DNA of 64,000 bases from Verrucomicrobiales bacterium (GTDB lineage Bacteria; Verrucomicrobiota; Verrucomicrobiia; Verrucomicrobiales; V1-33), in NCBI GenBank assembly GCA_031411295.1, contig JANOAV010000044.1, positions 5,946 through 69,945 on the forward strand, given 5' to 3'. Within the stretch, counting starts at the first letter, position 1. The number at the start of each line of letters is the position of its first letter. A program made the position numbers and the translations under genes. Below, piece after piece: positions 17,355 through 27,140 of the stretch. The notes under the pieces were generated by a model. The model had not been told where the DNA came from. It saw only the letters and a program-made list of their open reading frames with translations, and searched no databases.

Positions 17355-18194
17355 ATGGCCATCGTTTCCCTGGGGCGGCGGAATTTACTGCCTATCATTA
17401 GGCAGTCTGTTTACGGCACCCACCTCGATGGCGGTAAGCTCGGGGAGATTCTTCTGCTGGCTCGCGAGTATGTGGACCCCGAGGAAACGTCGCTGGACGT
17501 GTTCGTTTACCTGAACTCCGAGGATCGGCTCACCGCCACCCGGGCCACTCCGTTGGCCATGGTGGGGGAATTCGCTTCTTTAAAAGTCATTGAATTCCAT
17601 CCCCAACTCGGAGCGTTTCTCGACTGGGGATTGAGCAAGGACTTGCTCCTGCCGATGCGGGAACAAGTCGGCCGTGTCCGTCCCGGCCAGCGGGTCGTCG
17701 TTTATATTAAAGTGGACGAACGCTCCCAGCGCATCAACGCCACCATGAAGCTGCATCCGTATTTGAATCGCATGGATTCCAATTACAGCGTGGGTCAGGA
17801 AGTAAACCTGCTCATCGCGAGTCGCACGGAATTAGGCTTCAACGCGCTGCTGCCCTCGGGCCATATCGGGCTGCTCTACCACAGCGAAACCAATACCCCG
17901 CTGGAAATTGGCGACAACATCATCGGCTACATCCGCACCGTTCGCGAGGATGGCAAAATCGATCTCGGTCTCGATCTAGCAGGCGCGCACCGCCTCCCGG
18001 AACTCGCTCAGCGCATCCTCAGCACGCTCAAGGCGGCCGGAGGCTCCCTGCCCTACGGAGACGACAGTTCCCCGCAGGACATCAGAGACTTCTTCTCCAT
18101 GAGCAAGAAGGCCTTCAAGCAAGCCCTGGGCACGCTGTATAAACAACGATTAGTGAAGATCGAGCCGGATGGGATCTCGCTGGCGAAAGATTAG
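17355..18194 (+). CDS. S1 RNA-binding-domain protein of the CvfB/YitL family
   Basis: GEFASLKVIEFHPQLGAFLDWGLSKDLLLP and later GYIRTVREDGKIDL resemble the repeated S1-like domains of YitL/CvfB. The gene starts 3 nt after the desaturase stop. Confidence 0.6.
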   Translation: MAIVSLGRRNLLPIIRQSVYGTHLDGGKLGEILLLAREYVDPEETSLDVFVYLNSEDRLTATRATPLAMVGEFASLKVIEFHPQLGAFLDWGLSKDLLLPMREQVGRVRPGQRVVVYIKVDERSQRINATMKLHPYLNRMDSNYSVGQEVNLLIASRTELGFNALLPSGHIGLLYHSETNTPLEIGDNIIGYIRTVREDGKIDLGLDLAGAHRLPELAQRILSTLKAAGGSLPYGDDSSPQDIRDFFSMSKKAFKQALGTLYKQRLVKIEPDGISLAKD

Positions 18195-18331
18195 TTTGTA
18201 ACGTGGCTTCGAAGACACAATTGATTTTGCCGATTTTGCCCTCCATCATTTAGAAGTTCCAGGCGACTGGAGCGAACAGTTTGAAAATCTTATCGTTTTG
18301 CTGGCCATAGATTACCCAGAGGTTTGCAGTT

Positions 18332-18700
18332 ATGAACCTCACTGAACTGAAATCGTCTGTCCGTGCTTTGCTACTTCTGATTGCGGTGGTCACGGTGCTG
18401 GTTGCATGGATCATTCCGGCAGGTCTTCATGTGGTGACCGCATGGAACGGGCAACAGTCACCCATGGTGAATCCTCTCAGCATAGAATCCAGCGCGGATT
18501 TCCACCAAGAGCCTGACCCTTTTTCCGATGACCCTAATGTAGTCCGACTGATCAACCCACAAAATCCGGTCCAGATTAGGACCAAGTTCGTTCAAGTTGG
18601 TTCCGGAACCGAAGAGCTCAACTTTGAAGAGTTGATCCAAGCATTTCAACCAGCCACTGATGCCAGTTTTCCCCACAGCCAAAATGCCCATGATGAATGA
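18332..18700 (+). CDS. Hypothetical single-pass membrane protein
   Basis: N-terminal TM segment LLLLIAVVTVLVAWIIPAGL. No recognisable family. Confidence 0.4.
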   Translation: MNLTELKSSVRALLLLIAVVTVLVAWIIPAGLHVVTAWNGQQSPMVNPLSIESSADFHQEPDPFSDDPNVVRLINPQNPVQIRTKFVQVGSGTEELNFEELIQAFQPATDASFPHSQNAHDE

Positions 18701-18746
18701 GGATCACCACGCTGGACCAGGCTACTTAAGAGTCGAGGATTATAAC

Positions 18747-18853
18747 CTGTGGCATGGGCGTCCCGCCCATCAGCCAAGGATCGGTGCGGGTGAAATGGAG
18801 ATGTGACCCAAAGGGAAGCTGCTGGGCTGATGGGCGGGACACCCATGCCACAG
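18747..18853. repeat. Long near-perfect inverted repeat: 29-bp arms and a 49-nt spacer
   Basis: CTGTGGCATGGGCGTCCCGCCCATCAGCC (18747-18775) against GGCTGATGGGCGGGACACCCATGCCACAG (18825-18853), matching at 28 of 29 positions. It lies in the intergenic region. Confidence 0.85.
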
Positions 18854-18933
18854 AAGCAGCGTTCCGTCAGTGCGTTGGGTTTGTGATTCCTCTGGGTTTG
18901 ACATTACGGAAATTTTCGTGAATTTCACCGGAT

Positions 18934-20601
18934 ATGAAATTTCCCTACTTCTTGAACCTCACAATGAGTGTTGCGTTGCTCTCGCCTGCTCTAGCCGAAG
19001 TAAAGCCAGCGTCTCCGCCGGCTCCCGCGCCTACTCCTAAAGATACCAAGGGGGCGCCTGCGGAGAACAAGGCTGCTGAGGCGAAGGACAAGAAGGCTGA
19101 GGCCGCTAAAGGAGGCAAGGATGCCAAGGAGGAGAAGAAAGATGCCAAGCCCGAAGGCCCAGCGAATCCGAAGGAGAAACTTAGTGTGACCCAGCATGTG
19201 CTGAAGGTGGGCGATAAACCGCTGCGCTATACGGCCACGGCGGGAACGTTAACGCTGAGCAAATCCGGTGGGGAACCACGCGCCAACGTGTTTTTCACCG
19301 CTTATACGATGAATTCCGGCGGTCATGGCAAACCTCAGAAGGAAGGCGGTCCCAAACCGGACGCAGTGGAACCTGCGAATCCTCGTCCGGTTACCTTTTG
19401 CTTCAATGGTGGGCCCGGATCATCTGCGGTGTGGCTGCACTTGGGAGCCTTCGGCCCGCGTCGGGTGCTGCTGCCAGAGGGCGGCACGGGCACGCCGAAA
19501 CCGCCATTTCAGTTAGTGGACAATGCCCATACGCTTTTAGAACAGACGGATTTGGTTTTCATCGATCCGGTTAGCACCGGCTACAGCCGTGCGGAGAAGG
19601 GGGAGGATGCCAAGCAATTCCATGGGTTCAGCGAGGACTTGGAAAGCGTCGGGGACTTTATCCGATTGTATGTTAGTAAAAACAAGCGCTGGGCTTCGCC
19701 TAAATTTCTCCTGGGTGAAAGCTATGGGGCCATCCGCGCAGCGGGGCTGGCCGGGCATTTACAAGAACGTTATGGGATGGCGTTGAATGGGATCGCCATC
19801 GTTTCCGGCTTGCTGGATTTCCAGACCTTGAGCGCCTCCGGCCCCAATGACCTGCCCTACGTGGTGTTCCTGCCCACGATGGCATCGGTGGCGTTCTATC
19901 ACCAGAAACTGAGTCCTGAACTACAGAAGGATCGCGCTGCGACCACGGCTGCAGCCACGGAGTTTGCGCATGGAGCCTATGCCAGCGCGCTGTTGCGCGG
20001 GGCGGCATTGCCGGCGGATGAGAAAGAAAAGATCGCGGAGACGTTGGCTAAATTTACCAGTCTGCCGAAGGATCTGATCCTGCGGGAGAATTTGCGGGTG
20101 GATGCCAGCATGTTCTTCCGCAAGCTGCTGGAAAAGGAAAACAAGACGATCGGCCGCTTTGATGGTCGGGTGGTGGGCGATCCGGAAATCGGGGATCCCT
20201 CCTACGCCAATGTTTACAGTGCATTCTCCTCCAGTCTTAATGCCTACATCCGCACGGAGTTGAAGGTGGAGAATGATCAGCCGTATGAGATCCTGACCAG
20301 CGAGGTGCATCCCTGGAGCTACAAGCAGTTCACCAATCGTTATGTGACCGTGGCGGAAACATTAAATGAGGCGATGAAATCCAATCCCAGCCTCAAGGTC
20401 TATGTGGCCTGTGGTCACTATGATCTGGCCACGCCAGCGGATGGGATTCGCTTTAGCTTCAACCATATGACGCTCTCCGACGCGCAGCGCAAGAATGTGC
20501 AATTCGGAGATTATGAAGGTGGTCACATGATGTATACGAATCTGCCGGAACTGGAGAAATTGTCCGACGCGCTCCGGAAATTTATTGATGCCGCCAAATA
20601 A
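18934..20601 (+). CDS. Serine carboxypeptidase, peptidase family S10
   Basis: Signal peptide, then a Lys/Ala/Glu-rich linker. FNGGPGSSAVW and LLGESYGAIRAAG (catalytic Ser) motifs. Confidence 0.85.
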   Translation: MKFPYFLNLTMSVALLSPALAEVKPASPPAPAPTPKDTKGAPAENKAAEAKDKKAEAAKGGKDAKEEKKDAKPEGPANPKEKLSVTQHVLKVGDKPLRYTATAGTLTLSKSGGEPRANVFFTAYTMNSGGHGKPQKEGGPKPDAVEPANPRPVTFCFNGGPGSSAVWLHLGAFGPRRVLLPEGGTGTPKPPFQLVDNAHTLLEQTDLVFIDPVSTGYSRAEKGEDAKQFHGFSEDLESVGDFIRLYVSKNKRWASPKFLLGESYGAIRAAGLAGHLQERYGMALNGIAIVSGLLDFQTLSASGPNDLPYVVFLPTMASVAFYHQKLSPELQKDRAATTAAATEFAHGAYASALLRGAALPADEKEKIAETLAKFTSLPKDLILRENLRVDASMFFRKLLEKENKTIGRFDGRVVGDPEIGDPSYANVYSAFSSSLNAYIRTELKVENDQPYEILTSEVHPWSYKQFTNRYVTVAETLNEAMKSNPSLKVYVACGHYDLATPADGIRFSFNHMTLSDAQRKNVQFGDYEGGHMMYTNLPELEKLSDALRKFIDAAK

Positions 20602-20620
20602 TCCAAACAGCCCTGCTTCC

Positions 20621-21718
20621 ATGTCCAAATCTTCCGCCACGGCCGTTCCGCTTCTGCAATCTCTGGCCGAGGCGGCGGGCGCCCCGGGTGCGGAATCGGA
20701 GGTGCGCGCTATTTTCCAGCAACAGTTGGCTCCCTGCGGCCCGCTGCGGGCAGATAAATTAGGAAGCGCCATCTGTGATCGGGCAGGGACGGGACCGCGC
20801 GTGATGCTGACGGCTCATTTCGATGAAGTGGCGTTTGCGGTGCAGAATATTACGAGCCGGGGGTTCCTGAAGTTGGTGGCCCTGGGCGGTTGGTGGACCC
20901 ATAATTTACTGGCGCAGCGGGTGCAGGTGATCACGGCCAAGGGGCGGAAAATTCTCGGCGTAATTGCTTCCACCCCACCGCATTTCCTCAGTGAAGGCCA
21001 GCGCGACAAGGTCATGGCGCTGGAGAATTTGTTCGTGGACATCGGAGCCAGCAGCGCCAAGGAGGTGACGGAGAAATTCGGCATCGCATTGGGTGATCCC
21101 ATCGTTCCGGTGTCTGAATTTACCCGCATGGAGAATCCGGATTTGGTATTGTGCAAGGCGTTCGATAACCGCGTGGGGTGTGCGGTTATGATTGAAACGA
21201 TGCTGCGGCTGCGCAAAGCGAAGCTGGCCTGTGCCCTAACAGCAGTGGGGACGGTGCAGGAGGAAATCGGGTGTCGGGGGGCCGTCACGGCTGCAGCCAT
21301 GGTGAAACCGGATCTGGCGCTGATCATGGAAGGCACTCCGGCTGACGATACGCCGGGAATGAGTGCTGAGGAGTCCCAGGGAGCCCTAGGCGCGGGGCCG
21401 CAGATTCGGTTGTTGGATCCTACAGCTCTGATGAATCGCCCGCTGGCCAAGTTCATTGCCAAAATTGCCGAACAAGAAAAAATTCCGCATCAAATTGCGG
21501 TGCGACGCTCTGGCGGGACCGACGCCAAGAGCATTCATCTGGCCGGGGAAGGTGTGCCCTGCGTGGTGGTCGGGGTGCCCGCCCGATATATCCACTCACA
21601 CAATGCCATCGTGAATTTGCAGGATTACGAGCACACGATTCGCCTGATGGTGTCGGTGATTCAGGCATTGAATGCCAAGGAGGTCGCGAAATTTACCGAC
21701 TTTGCGGCAGGTCGTTAG
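20621..21718 (+). CDS. M42 family metallo-aminopeptidase (FrvX/glutamyl aminopeptidase-like)
   Basis: LTAHFDEVAF, AFDNRVGCAV and VQEEIGCRGA are metal-ligand motifs typical of M42. Start taken at ATG 20621. Confidence 0.85.
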   Translation: MSKSSATAVPLLQSLAEAAGAPGAESEVRAIFQQQLAPCGPLRADKLGSAICDRAGTGPRVMLTAHFDEVAFAVQNITSRGFLKLVALGGWWTHNLLAQRVQVITAKGRKILGVIASTPPHFLSEGQRDKVMALENLFVDIGASSAKEVTEKFGIALGDPIVPVSEFTRMENPDLVLCKAFDNRVGCAVMIETMLRLRKAKLACALTAVGTVQEEIGCRGAVTAAAMVKPDLALIMEGTPADDTPGMSAEESQGALGAGPQIRLLDPTALMNRPLAKFIAKIAEQEKIPHQIAVRRSGGTDAKSIHLAGEGVPCVVVGVPARYIHSHNAIVNLQDYEHTIRLMVSVIQALNAKEVAKFTDFAAGR

Positions 21719-21804
21719 GTCGTGAGAAGCAGTTTGCAAAGCGGGGAAAATTACGCTCTGCTGAGCTACCGCAGGTCCGTTGACGCACCGTTCGGCAGTC
21801 AGTT

Positions 21805-23661
21805 ATGAAGCACAATCTCCCCCCCCAACCTCCTCCGCGGGAAAATCAGACTTGGTCTCCGCCCGTGAGCCGCACTTGGCCGCAACGTTTGTTGCGCGGC
21901 TGGGGATTGGTGGGCACGATTTTGTGCTTGCTGGTTTTGTATGGATTGATTCGTGGACGCCAGGACTACCGAAATTTCAAGTCTTTCCTCTCCCATCAGG
22001 AAGTGACTAAGGCCATGCAGTTGGCTGCTGCGGGTGATGACAACGGGGTGATCGCGTTGTTGGAAAAAGCCGGCGCGCGCACGCCGAATGATGCGATGGT
22101 CTTGCGGGCCTTGGCGGATTTCAATGAAACGAGGCAGGATCCGATGACGCTGTATGCGCTGCGCAAGTTGGTCAATAATGGTGATTCCGCCCCGGAGGAT
22201 CGGGAGCGATTGTGTCGGTTAGCGTTTGACTGGGGTCATGCCGAGCTGGCTGACACGGAGACGCTGCGGGACTGGGCGCTCTCAGAGACGACGAACTTGG
22301 GGCTGCGTCCGCTGGAATTAAGCGCCCGCTGGATGGCTTCGCGTGGCCAGGGAGCTGAAGCTGAAGGAAGACTGCGGAAGGCCTTGCAGATGGCGCAGGA
22401 CGATATGGCTACTCCCGCCATTGAAGTGGCGCTGGCGCGGCTGCTGCTGAATAGTCCACCTGCGCAGATGGGTAGTGCCGGGGTGATTCATGAATGTGTG
22501 GTCCTGCTAACAAAAGCCCTCGAAAGAACGTCTCCGCCCGTGCCCATCCATGGCGAGGCCGCGAAACTCCTCAGCGTGCTGGCGCTCAAGCCAGAATGGG
22601 CGGAGCACGTTACCGAGGCCACGATCGAGCGAACTCGCAAGGCCTTACTAGCCCAGTCGCAGGCTTCGGAGAGCCCGGTGCAGGCGATGGACTTCCGCCT
22701 GCAAGAGCGTGTGCTCCAGATGAAATATCGACCGTCGCAGAAGTCGGAAATTGTGGAAGAGGTCGTCAAACTGGCGCGGACCGCCAGCGAAAAGGAACGG
22801 ATGGTGATAGCGCGGTGGCTGCTCAGTAATGACTTTTCGCTGCGAGCCATGGAGATTTGTGAGACCATTGATCAGCAACTGACCAACCGGGAATGGTTCA
22901 CCCTGCGGTTGGATGCTCTCCATGCCTTAAAACGCTATGAGGAGGTCAAGCAATTACTGGCCGCGCCCGCACAACCGTTGCCACAAATCATTAAGGCGCA
23001 ATTTTTGTTAACCGAAGAGAAGTCACTCCAAGCTCCCGAGGCTGCGGTGGAAGCCAGTCGCAAGGCGGTGCGGGATGCGGCTTCGCGATCCGAATTTAAA
23101 GACACCTTGAATGCGGCCGGGGTATTGGAGCGAACGGGCGAGGTGACGCTGGCGATGGATCTTTTCCAAGGCCTACAGAACCATTCCCAAGCTGGTCTGC
23201 CCGCCCGCCTTGGCTTGGTGCGCTGTCTCAGCGTGCAATTGGAACGCACGCCGGAGCTGATCGAAGCACTGAATTCACTGTTAGTGCTCTGGCCTCATTC
23301 TGACGAAGCTCGCAGTGATCTGGCTTACCTCCGGTTACTGGATAAAACGCATCGCCAGGAAGACGTGGCCGCGGTGATTAGTCTGGCCCAACGCAATCAG
23401 TGGTATTTAGCGTATCGCATCCCCGCCGCGCTGGCGTTGTTGCGCATTAATGAATCGGCTAAAGCCCTCAAAATATTGGACTCCACCGATGTTCCATGGG
23501 CGCAGGCTCGCGCGGGCTGGCGGGCGGTCTTTGCGGCCACCCTGGCCGCGAATCAACGAATGGCAGATGCCCGCAAGTGGGGAGAGCAGCTTTCCTTGAA
23601 AGAGTTGCGTCCCGGGGAGCGACGATTGCTGGAGGATTATGCGATCACCCCCAAGCCATGA
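21805..23661 (+). CDS. Membrane-anchored alpha-helical (TPR-like) repeat protein, translationally coupled to the exosortase
   Basis: N-terminal TM LVGTILCLLVLYGLI followed by about 560 aa of helical repeat character. The stop overlaps the exosortase start (ATGA at 23658-23661). Confidence 0.65.
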   Translation: MKHNLPPQPPPRENQTWSPPVSRTWPQRLLRGWGLVGTILCLLVLYGLIRGRQDYRNFKSFLSHQEVTKAMQLAAAGDDNGVIALLEKAGARTPNDAMVLRALADFNETRQDPMTLYALRKLVNNGDSAPEDRERLCRLAFDWGHAELADTETLRDWALSETTNLGLRPLELSARWMASRGQGAEAEGRLRKALQMAQDDMATPAIEVALARLLLNSPPAQMGSAGVIHECVVLLTKALERTSPPVPIHGEAAKLLSVLALKPEWAEHVTEATIERTRKALLAQSQASESPVQAMDFRLQERVLQMKYRPSQKSEIVEEVVKLARTASEKERMVIARWLLSNDFSLRAMEICETIDQQLTNREWFTLRLDALHALKRYEEVKQLLAAPAQPLPQIIKAQFLLTEEKSLQAPEAAVEASRKAVRDAASRSEFKDTLNAAGVLERTGEVTLAMDLFQGLQNHSQAGLPARLGLVRCLSVQLERTPELIEALNSLLVLWPHSDEARSDLAYLRLLDKTHRQEDVAAVISLAQRNQWYLAYRIPAALALLRINESAKALKILDSTDVPWAQARAGWRAVFAATLAANQRMADARKWGEQLSLKELRPGERRLLEDYAITPKP

Positions 23662-25202
23662 GCGATTCCGTCCGTGAACGTCCGTTGCGCTTTTGGCTCT
23701 CGCTTAGCCCGGTGTTGTTGTGTTTCGCACTAGCCATTTGGCAAATGCGGTATGATTGGACGTATGATGAGACTTACAATTACGGCTGGGTGGTTACACC
23801 GCTCATGGCCTACCTGTTCTCGGTGAGATGGCGGGATCGGCCTGCTCCCCGGCCCCTCCCTCTGGCCCAGCGGGGCCTCTGGGCTTGGGTGACGATTGCG
23901 CTCCTGCTGCCCATGATCTGGCTTATCCGAGAGGCGAATCCAGAGTGGCGCCTGGTAGGCCTGGGCTTGGCCATGCTGGCCATGGCGGCATCTTTCTGCT
24001 GGATTCGAGAACTGGGTGGCCCCATCTGGATGCGGCATTTTGCTGGCGCCATACTTTTCTTTGCAGTTAGTGTGCCTTGGCCCAGCCAACTGGAGCGGAC
24101 GACGGCTGATTTTCTAATGCCGGTCAATGCCTCGGCGGCATTGGAAGTGTTGCAGTTGCTGGGGGTTCCCGCCACGCGCGCTGGAAATTTGATTCAATTG
24201 CCGGGCGGTGGTATTCTGGGGGTCGAAGAAGCCTGCAGTGGGGTGCGCTCGCTCCAAGCCACCTTGATGATGGCTTTGTTTCTTGGTGAATTGCATCGCC
24301 TGCGCTGGTTGCATCGGGGTGCGTTGTTGTTGATCGGCGTGGTCGTGGCCTTGATCACTAATGCCAGCCGCACCATTTGGCTCAGCACCATCGGAGCCAA
24401 AGCCGGGCTGAGCGCCACGCATCAGTGGCATGACCGGGCGGGCTTGATTGTGCTGGGCATCAATTCCGGCCTGCTCCTGCTGCTAGCCACCGTGCTGGAG
24501 AAGAAATTTCCCCGTCGCTCCGCACCTGCGCCCGCGCTGGAGGCACTGCGCGGATTCGCGCGTCGCTATACCCACGGACCGGCTTGGTGTCTGGCGGCCG
24601 GACTCTTGATGTTTCCCGTAACGGCTTATTGGTATGGTCGCAATGAGTTGAAGAACCCGGAGACTTGGACGCTCACTCCGCCTCAGGAAGCTCCCGGCTA
24701 TGCCGTCTCCTATATCAATGATCTCACCACAAAAATGCTGCGCTATACCAAAGGCTGGTCCGCCAAGTGGCAGACCGACAACCAACGGCCGCTGCATGGT
24801 TTCTACCTCGAGTGGGAAAAAGGAAAATCGCCCCCGGATAACATGAACGTCCACACCCCTGGCGGTTGTTTGATCAATCTGGGGATTGAACAAATGGAGG
24901 AGTATCCGCCGATGGTGCTCAACGTAAAGGGGCATGACATGCCGATCCGGTTTCTCCGCTTCCGGGACCGCAACCGTCCCCTCTTCCTGGCTTATTTCGT
25001 AGCCGAAAACAAAGTGCTGGGGGAAGCCGCTGATGTGGGCTCCTTCGATTTTTCCTACTGGAAACGCTTGCGCTCCGTAGTCGCAGGCCGCCGCAATCCC
25101 GGCCAGCGTTTAATCGAAATCGGCCTCTGGGATGAAGTCGATAAGGACACGGCCTGGAAGCATATTGCCGAATACTTAACGAAACATCTACAGTGGGAGT
25201 AG
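23658..25202 (+). CDS. Exosortase fused to a C-terminal EpsI-like domain
   Basis: Polytopic N-terminal half with EEACSGVRSL (catalytic Cys), NASRTIWL (Arg) and HQWHDRAG (His). The C-terminal ~200 aa carries HTPGGCL, as in EpsI-family proteins. Start at the ATG in the ATGA overlap. Confidence 0.85.
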   Translation: MSDSVRERPLRFWLSLSPVLLCFALAIWQMRYDWTYDETYNYGWVVTPLMAYLFSVRWRDRPAPRPLPLAQRGLWAWVTIALLLPMIWLIREANPEWRLVGLGLAMLAMAASFCWIRELGGPIWMRHFAGAILFFAVSVPWPSQLERTTADFLMPVNASAALEVLQLLGVPATRAGNLIQLPGGGILGVEEACSGVRSLQATLMMALFLGELHRLRWLHRGALLLIGVVVALITNASRTIWLSTIGAKAGLSATHQWHDRAGLIVLGINSGLLLLLATVLEKKFPRRSAPAPALEALRGFARRYTHGPAWCLAAGLLMFPVTAYWYGRNELKNPETWTLTPPQEAPGYAVSYINDLTTKMLRYTKGWSAKWQTDNQRPLHGFYLEWEKGKSPPDNMNVHTPGGCLINLGIEQMEEYPPMVLNVKGHDMPIRFLRFRDRNRPLFLAYFVAENKVLGEAADVGSFDFSYWKRLRSVVAGRRNPGQRLIEIGLWDEVDKDTAWKHIAEYLTKHLQWE

Positions 25203-25221
25203 GTGAGTTGGCGAATACCAT

Positions 25222-26490
25222 TTAGTCACCAGTGATTCCGAGCACGCTCGCCAACCGCTGCATGCCCGCAGTTTCGCTTTCGCGGATGAATTCATTGGCC
25301 TGCGCCAGGGTGCGGACTCTGGCTTCAGGGTTTTCTTTGATTTTGAGCAGGGCCTCTGCCAGTTGGATGGCATTGACTTGATCCAGTTCAAAGAACCAAT
25401 CCCGCAGGCCCAGATCCCGCCACATCTGACCTTGCGTGGCGTCCGTGGGCGGTCGCAGATGGATGGCTGGCGTGCCCACGGTTTGCGCCACCACTGCGGA
25501 GAGCAGTTCCATGGTTAGCACCCACTGGGCGCGTGCGAAAACGCCCGCCGCTTCGTCTGGCAACCACGCTTCCTCCCGCACCACGCAGCGGCTGCGAAGC
25601 GTTTTGGGAAACTTGTCTGAAAGCAACTCCTGACCCAATGCCACTTCATAGGGCATCTCCGCAGCACAAAGTAATTTGACGTTAGGATGCGCTGCGAGAT
25701 ACTTGACGATTGCTTCCCGCAACAACGAGAGATCCTCCTCCCGGCAACGTCGGTTCATCTGCTCCTGGGCGATCTCAGCATACTTGGGCGGCCTGTTAAA
25801 TATTTCCCAATACGGGGTGAAGCGCAATTTAGGCACCACGCAGATGAATTCCCCGGCCTTCAGATCGTGCGCCTCCAGCCAAGCCGCCGCGGTCTTGTCA
25901 TCCCGCAGATCTAATGCCAGGGCGGCATCCGGCACGAAGGAAATCCGGCCGACACTAATTCCCTGACGGACGGCCAGAGCCCTGGAAGCACCATCCCGCA
26001 GGAAAACGAAGGACGCCGCCTCCAGCATTCCTTTCAGCTTGGTGTCCACTTCATCCAGCGTCACTCCATAAATACCGAACGGCTTGCGAGCGTGGCGCTG
26101 CCAGGCTTCGATATGCTCACGTGCTATCACATGGGTGGCTGGACCATGGAGGAAGAAATCACCTTCCTCCCATGCCTCCTTGAGGTCCGGTTGATCCGGC
26201 TTGCCATCCCGACCGATAGTCCCCGTGATAAATTTCACCTTGGGAAACCGCTTCCTCAGCCACGGTTCCGCGCCATGAGCCAGCGAGGTGGCCCACACGG
26301 TTAATTTTGCGGAAGGCACCTCCCGCTGCAGCAGTTTCAACAAACCAGCCACTTGTGCCACCTCACCCATGCTGAAGGACTGCCAGCACGCCCGCACCAA
26401 CAGCCTCGGAGCACGCCTGCCCCTGGCCAGGCCTGCCTGAAGCAGCGGGACCCAAACCAAGCCGTGGAGGCATTTGCGACGCGAAATCAT
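25222..26490 (-). CDS. Polysaccharide pyruvyl-transferase-like protein (tentative)
   Basis: FLRDGASRALAVRQGISVGRISFVPDAALAL and VAQTVGTPAIHL resemble PS-pyruvyl-transferase motifs. Location next to the exosortase fits an exopolysaccharide role. Confidence 0.45.
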   Translation of the reverse strand: MISRRKCLHGLVWVPLLQAGLARGRRAPRLLVRACWQSFSMGEVAQVAGLLKLLQREVPSAKLTVWATSLAHGAEPWLRKRFPKVKFITGTIGRDGKPDQPDLKEAWEEGDFFLHGPATHVIAREHIEAWQRHARKPFGIYGVTLDEVDTKLKGMLEAASFVFLRDGASRALAVRQGISVGRISFVPDAALALDLRDDKTAAAWLEAHDLKAGEFICVVPKLRFTPYWEIFNRPPKYAEIAQEQMNRRCREEDLSLLREAIVKYLAAHPNVKLLCAAEMPYEVALGQELLSDKFPKTLRSRCVVREEAWLPDEAAGVFARAQWVLTMELLSAVVAQTVGTPAIHLRPPTDATQGQMWRDLGLRDWFFELDQVNAIQLAEALLKIKENPEARVRTLAQANEFIRESETAGMQRLASVLGITGD

Positions 26491-26637
26491 CCTAGCAACT
26501 CACCGCAAGTGTCAGGACTGTCAAATCCCTAAAGTTTAAAAAATAACGGAAAACCTGTTGTAAATTTGCAAAAATGAAGCTAATCTTGATTATCAAGCTA
26601 TCTTAATTAAAATATTCTCTCCAACTTCCGTCAAGCC

Positions 26638-26937
26638 ATGCCTCCACAAGCCGTTTTTAACCGTCGTCCTGCCTCTTGGATCAAAGCTGAGATGGGTGAA
26701 AACACTTGGAACGGGGAAATCTTATCAATCTATCCCAAGCCACTGAGTTACGCTTCCTTGGCCATCGGCTTGGAGGCTCAGCAGCCGGATCCTTGGTATT
26801 CCGGTGGACATCGCGTCATGTCAATGTTGGCTACTTTGGCGGTGATTGCCATCGGGTGGGCGTTGTCTGCGTGGTCGCATAATGGCCATGGCAGCACCGG
26901 GGCCAGTGGCAGTCTTCTGGGCGTGTTGATGCGTTAA
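26638..26937 (+). CDS. Small hypothetical membrane protein
   Basis: 99-aa ORF with one TM (MLATLAVIAIGWALSAW). It follows an AT-rich promoter-like stretch. No homology recognised. Confidence 0.3.
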   Translation: MPPQAVFNRRPASWIKAEMGENTWNGEILSIYPKPLSYASLAIGLEAQQPDPWYSGGHRVMSMLATLAVIAIGWALSAWSHNGHGSTGASGSLLGVLMR

Positions 26938-27140
26938 ATAAATGTCCTAAGGGATTCCCGATACAATTTGGGAGTGAGAGCGCTCCCGCTACGCTGCGTT
27001 AAATGCCCGCTAACCTTCCCGTTGGGAGGACGTAACATGCGCGAGTAATTACCATGAAAATTATTTTCAGCTTTTTTACCCCTATGGATTTCAATGAATG
27101 AAGCCCGGCCTATCCATCAAGCCGCCCGCCCCTCGGCTAT

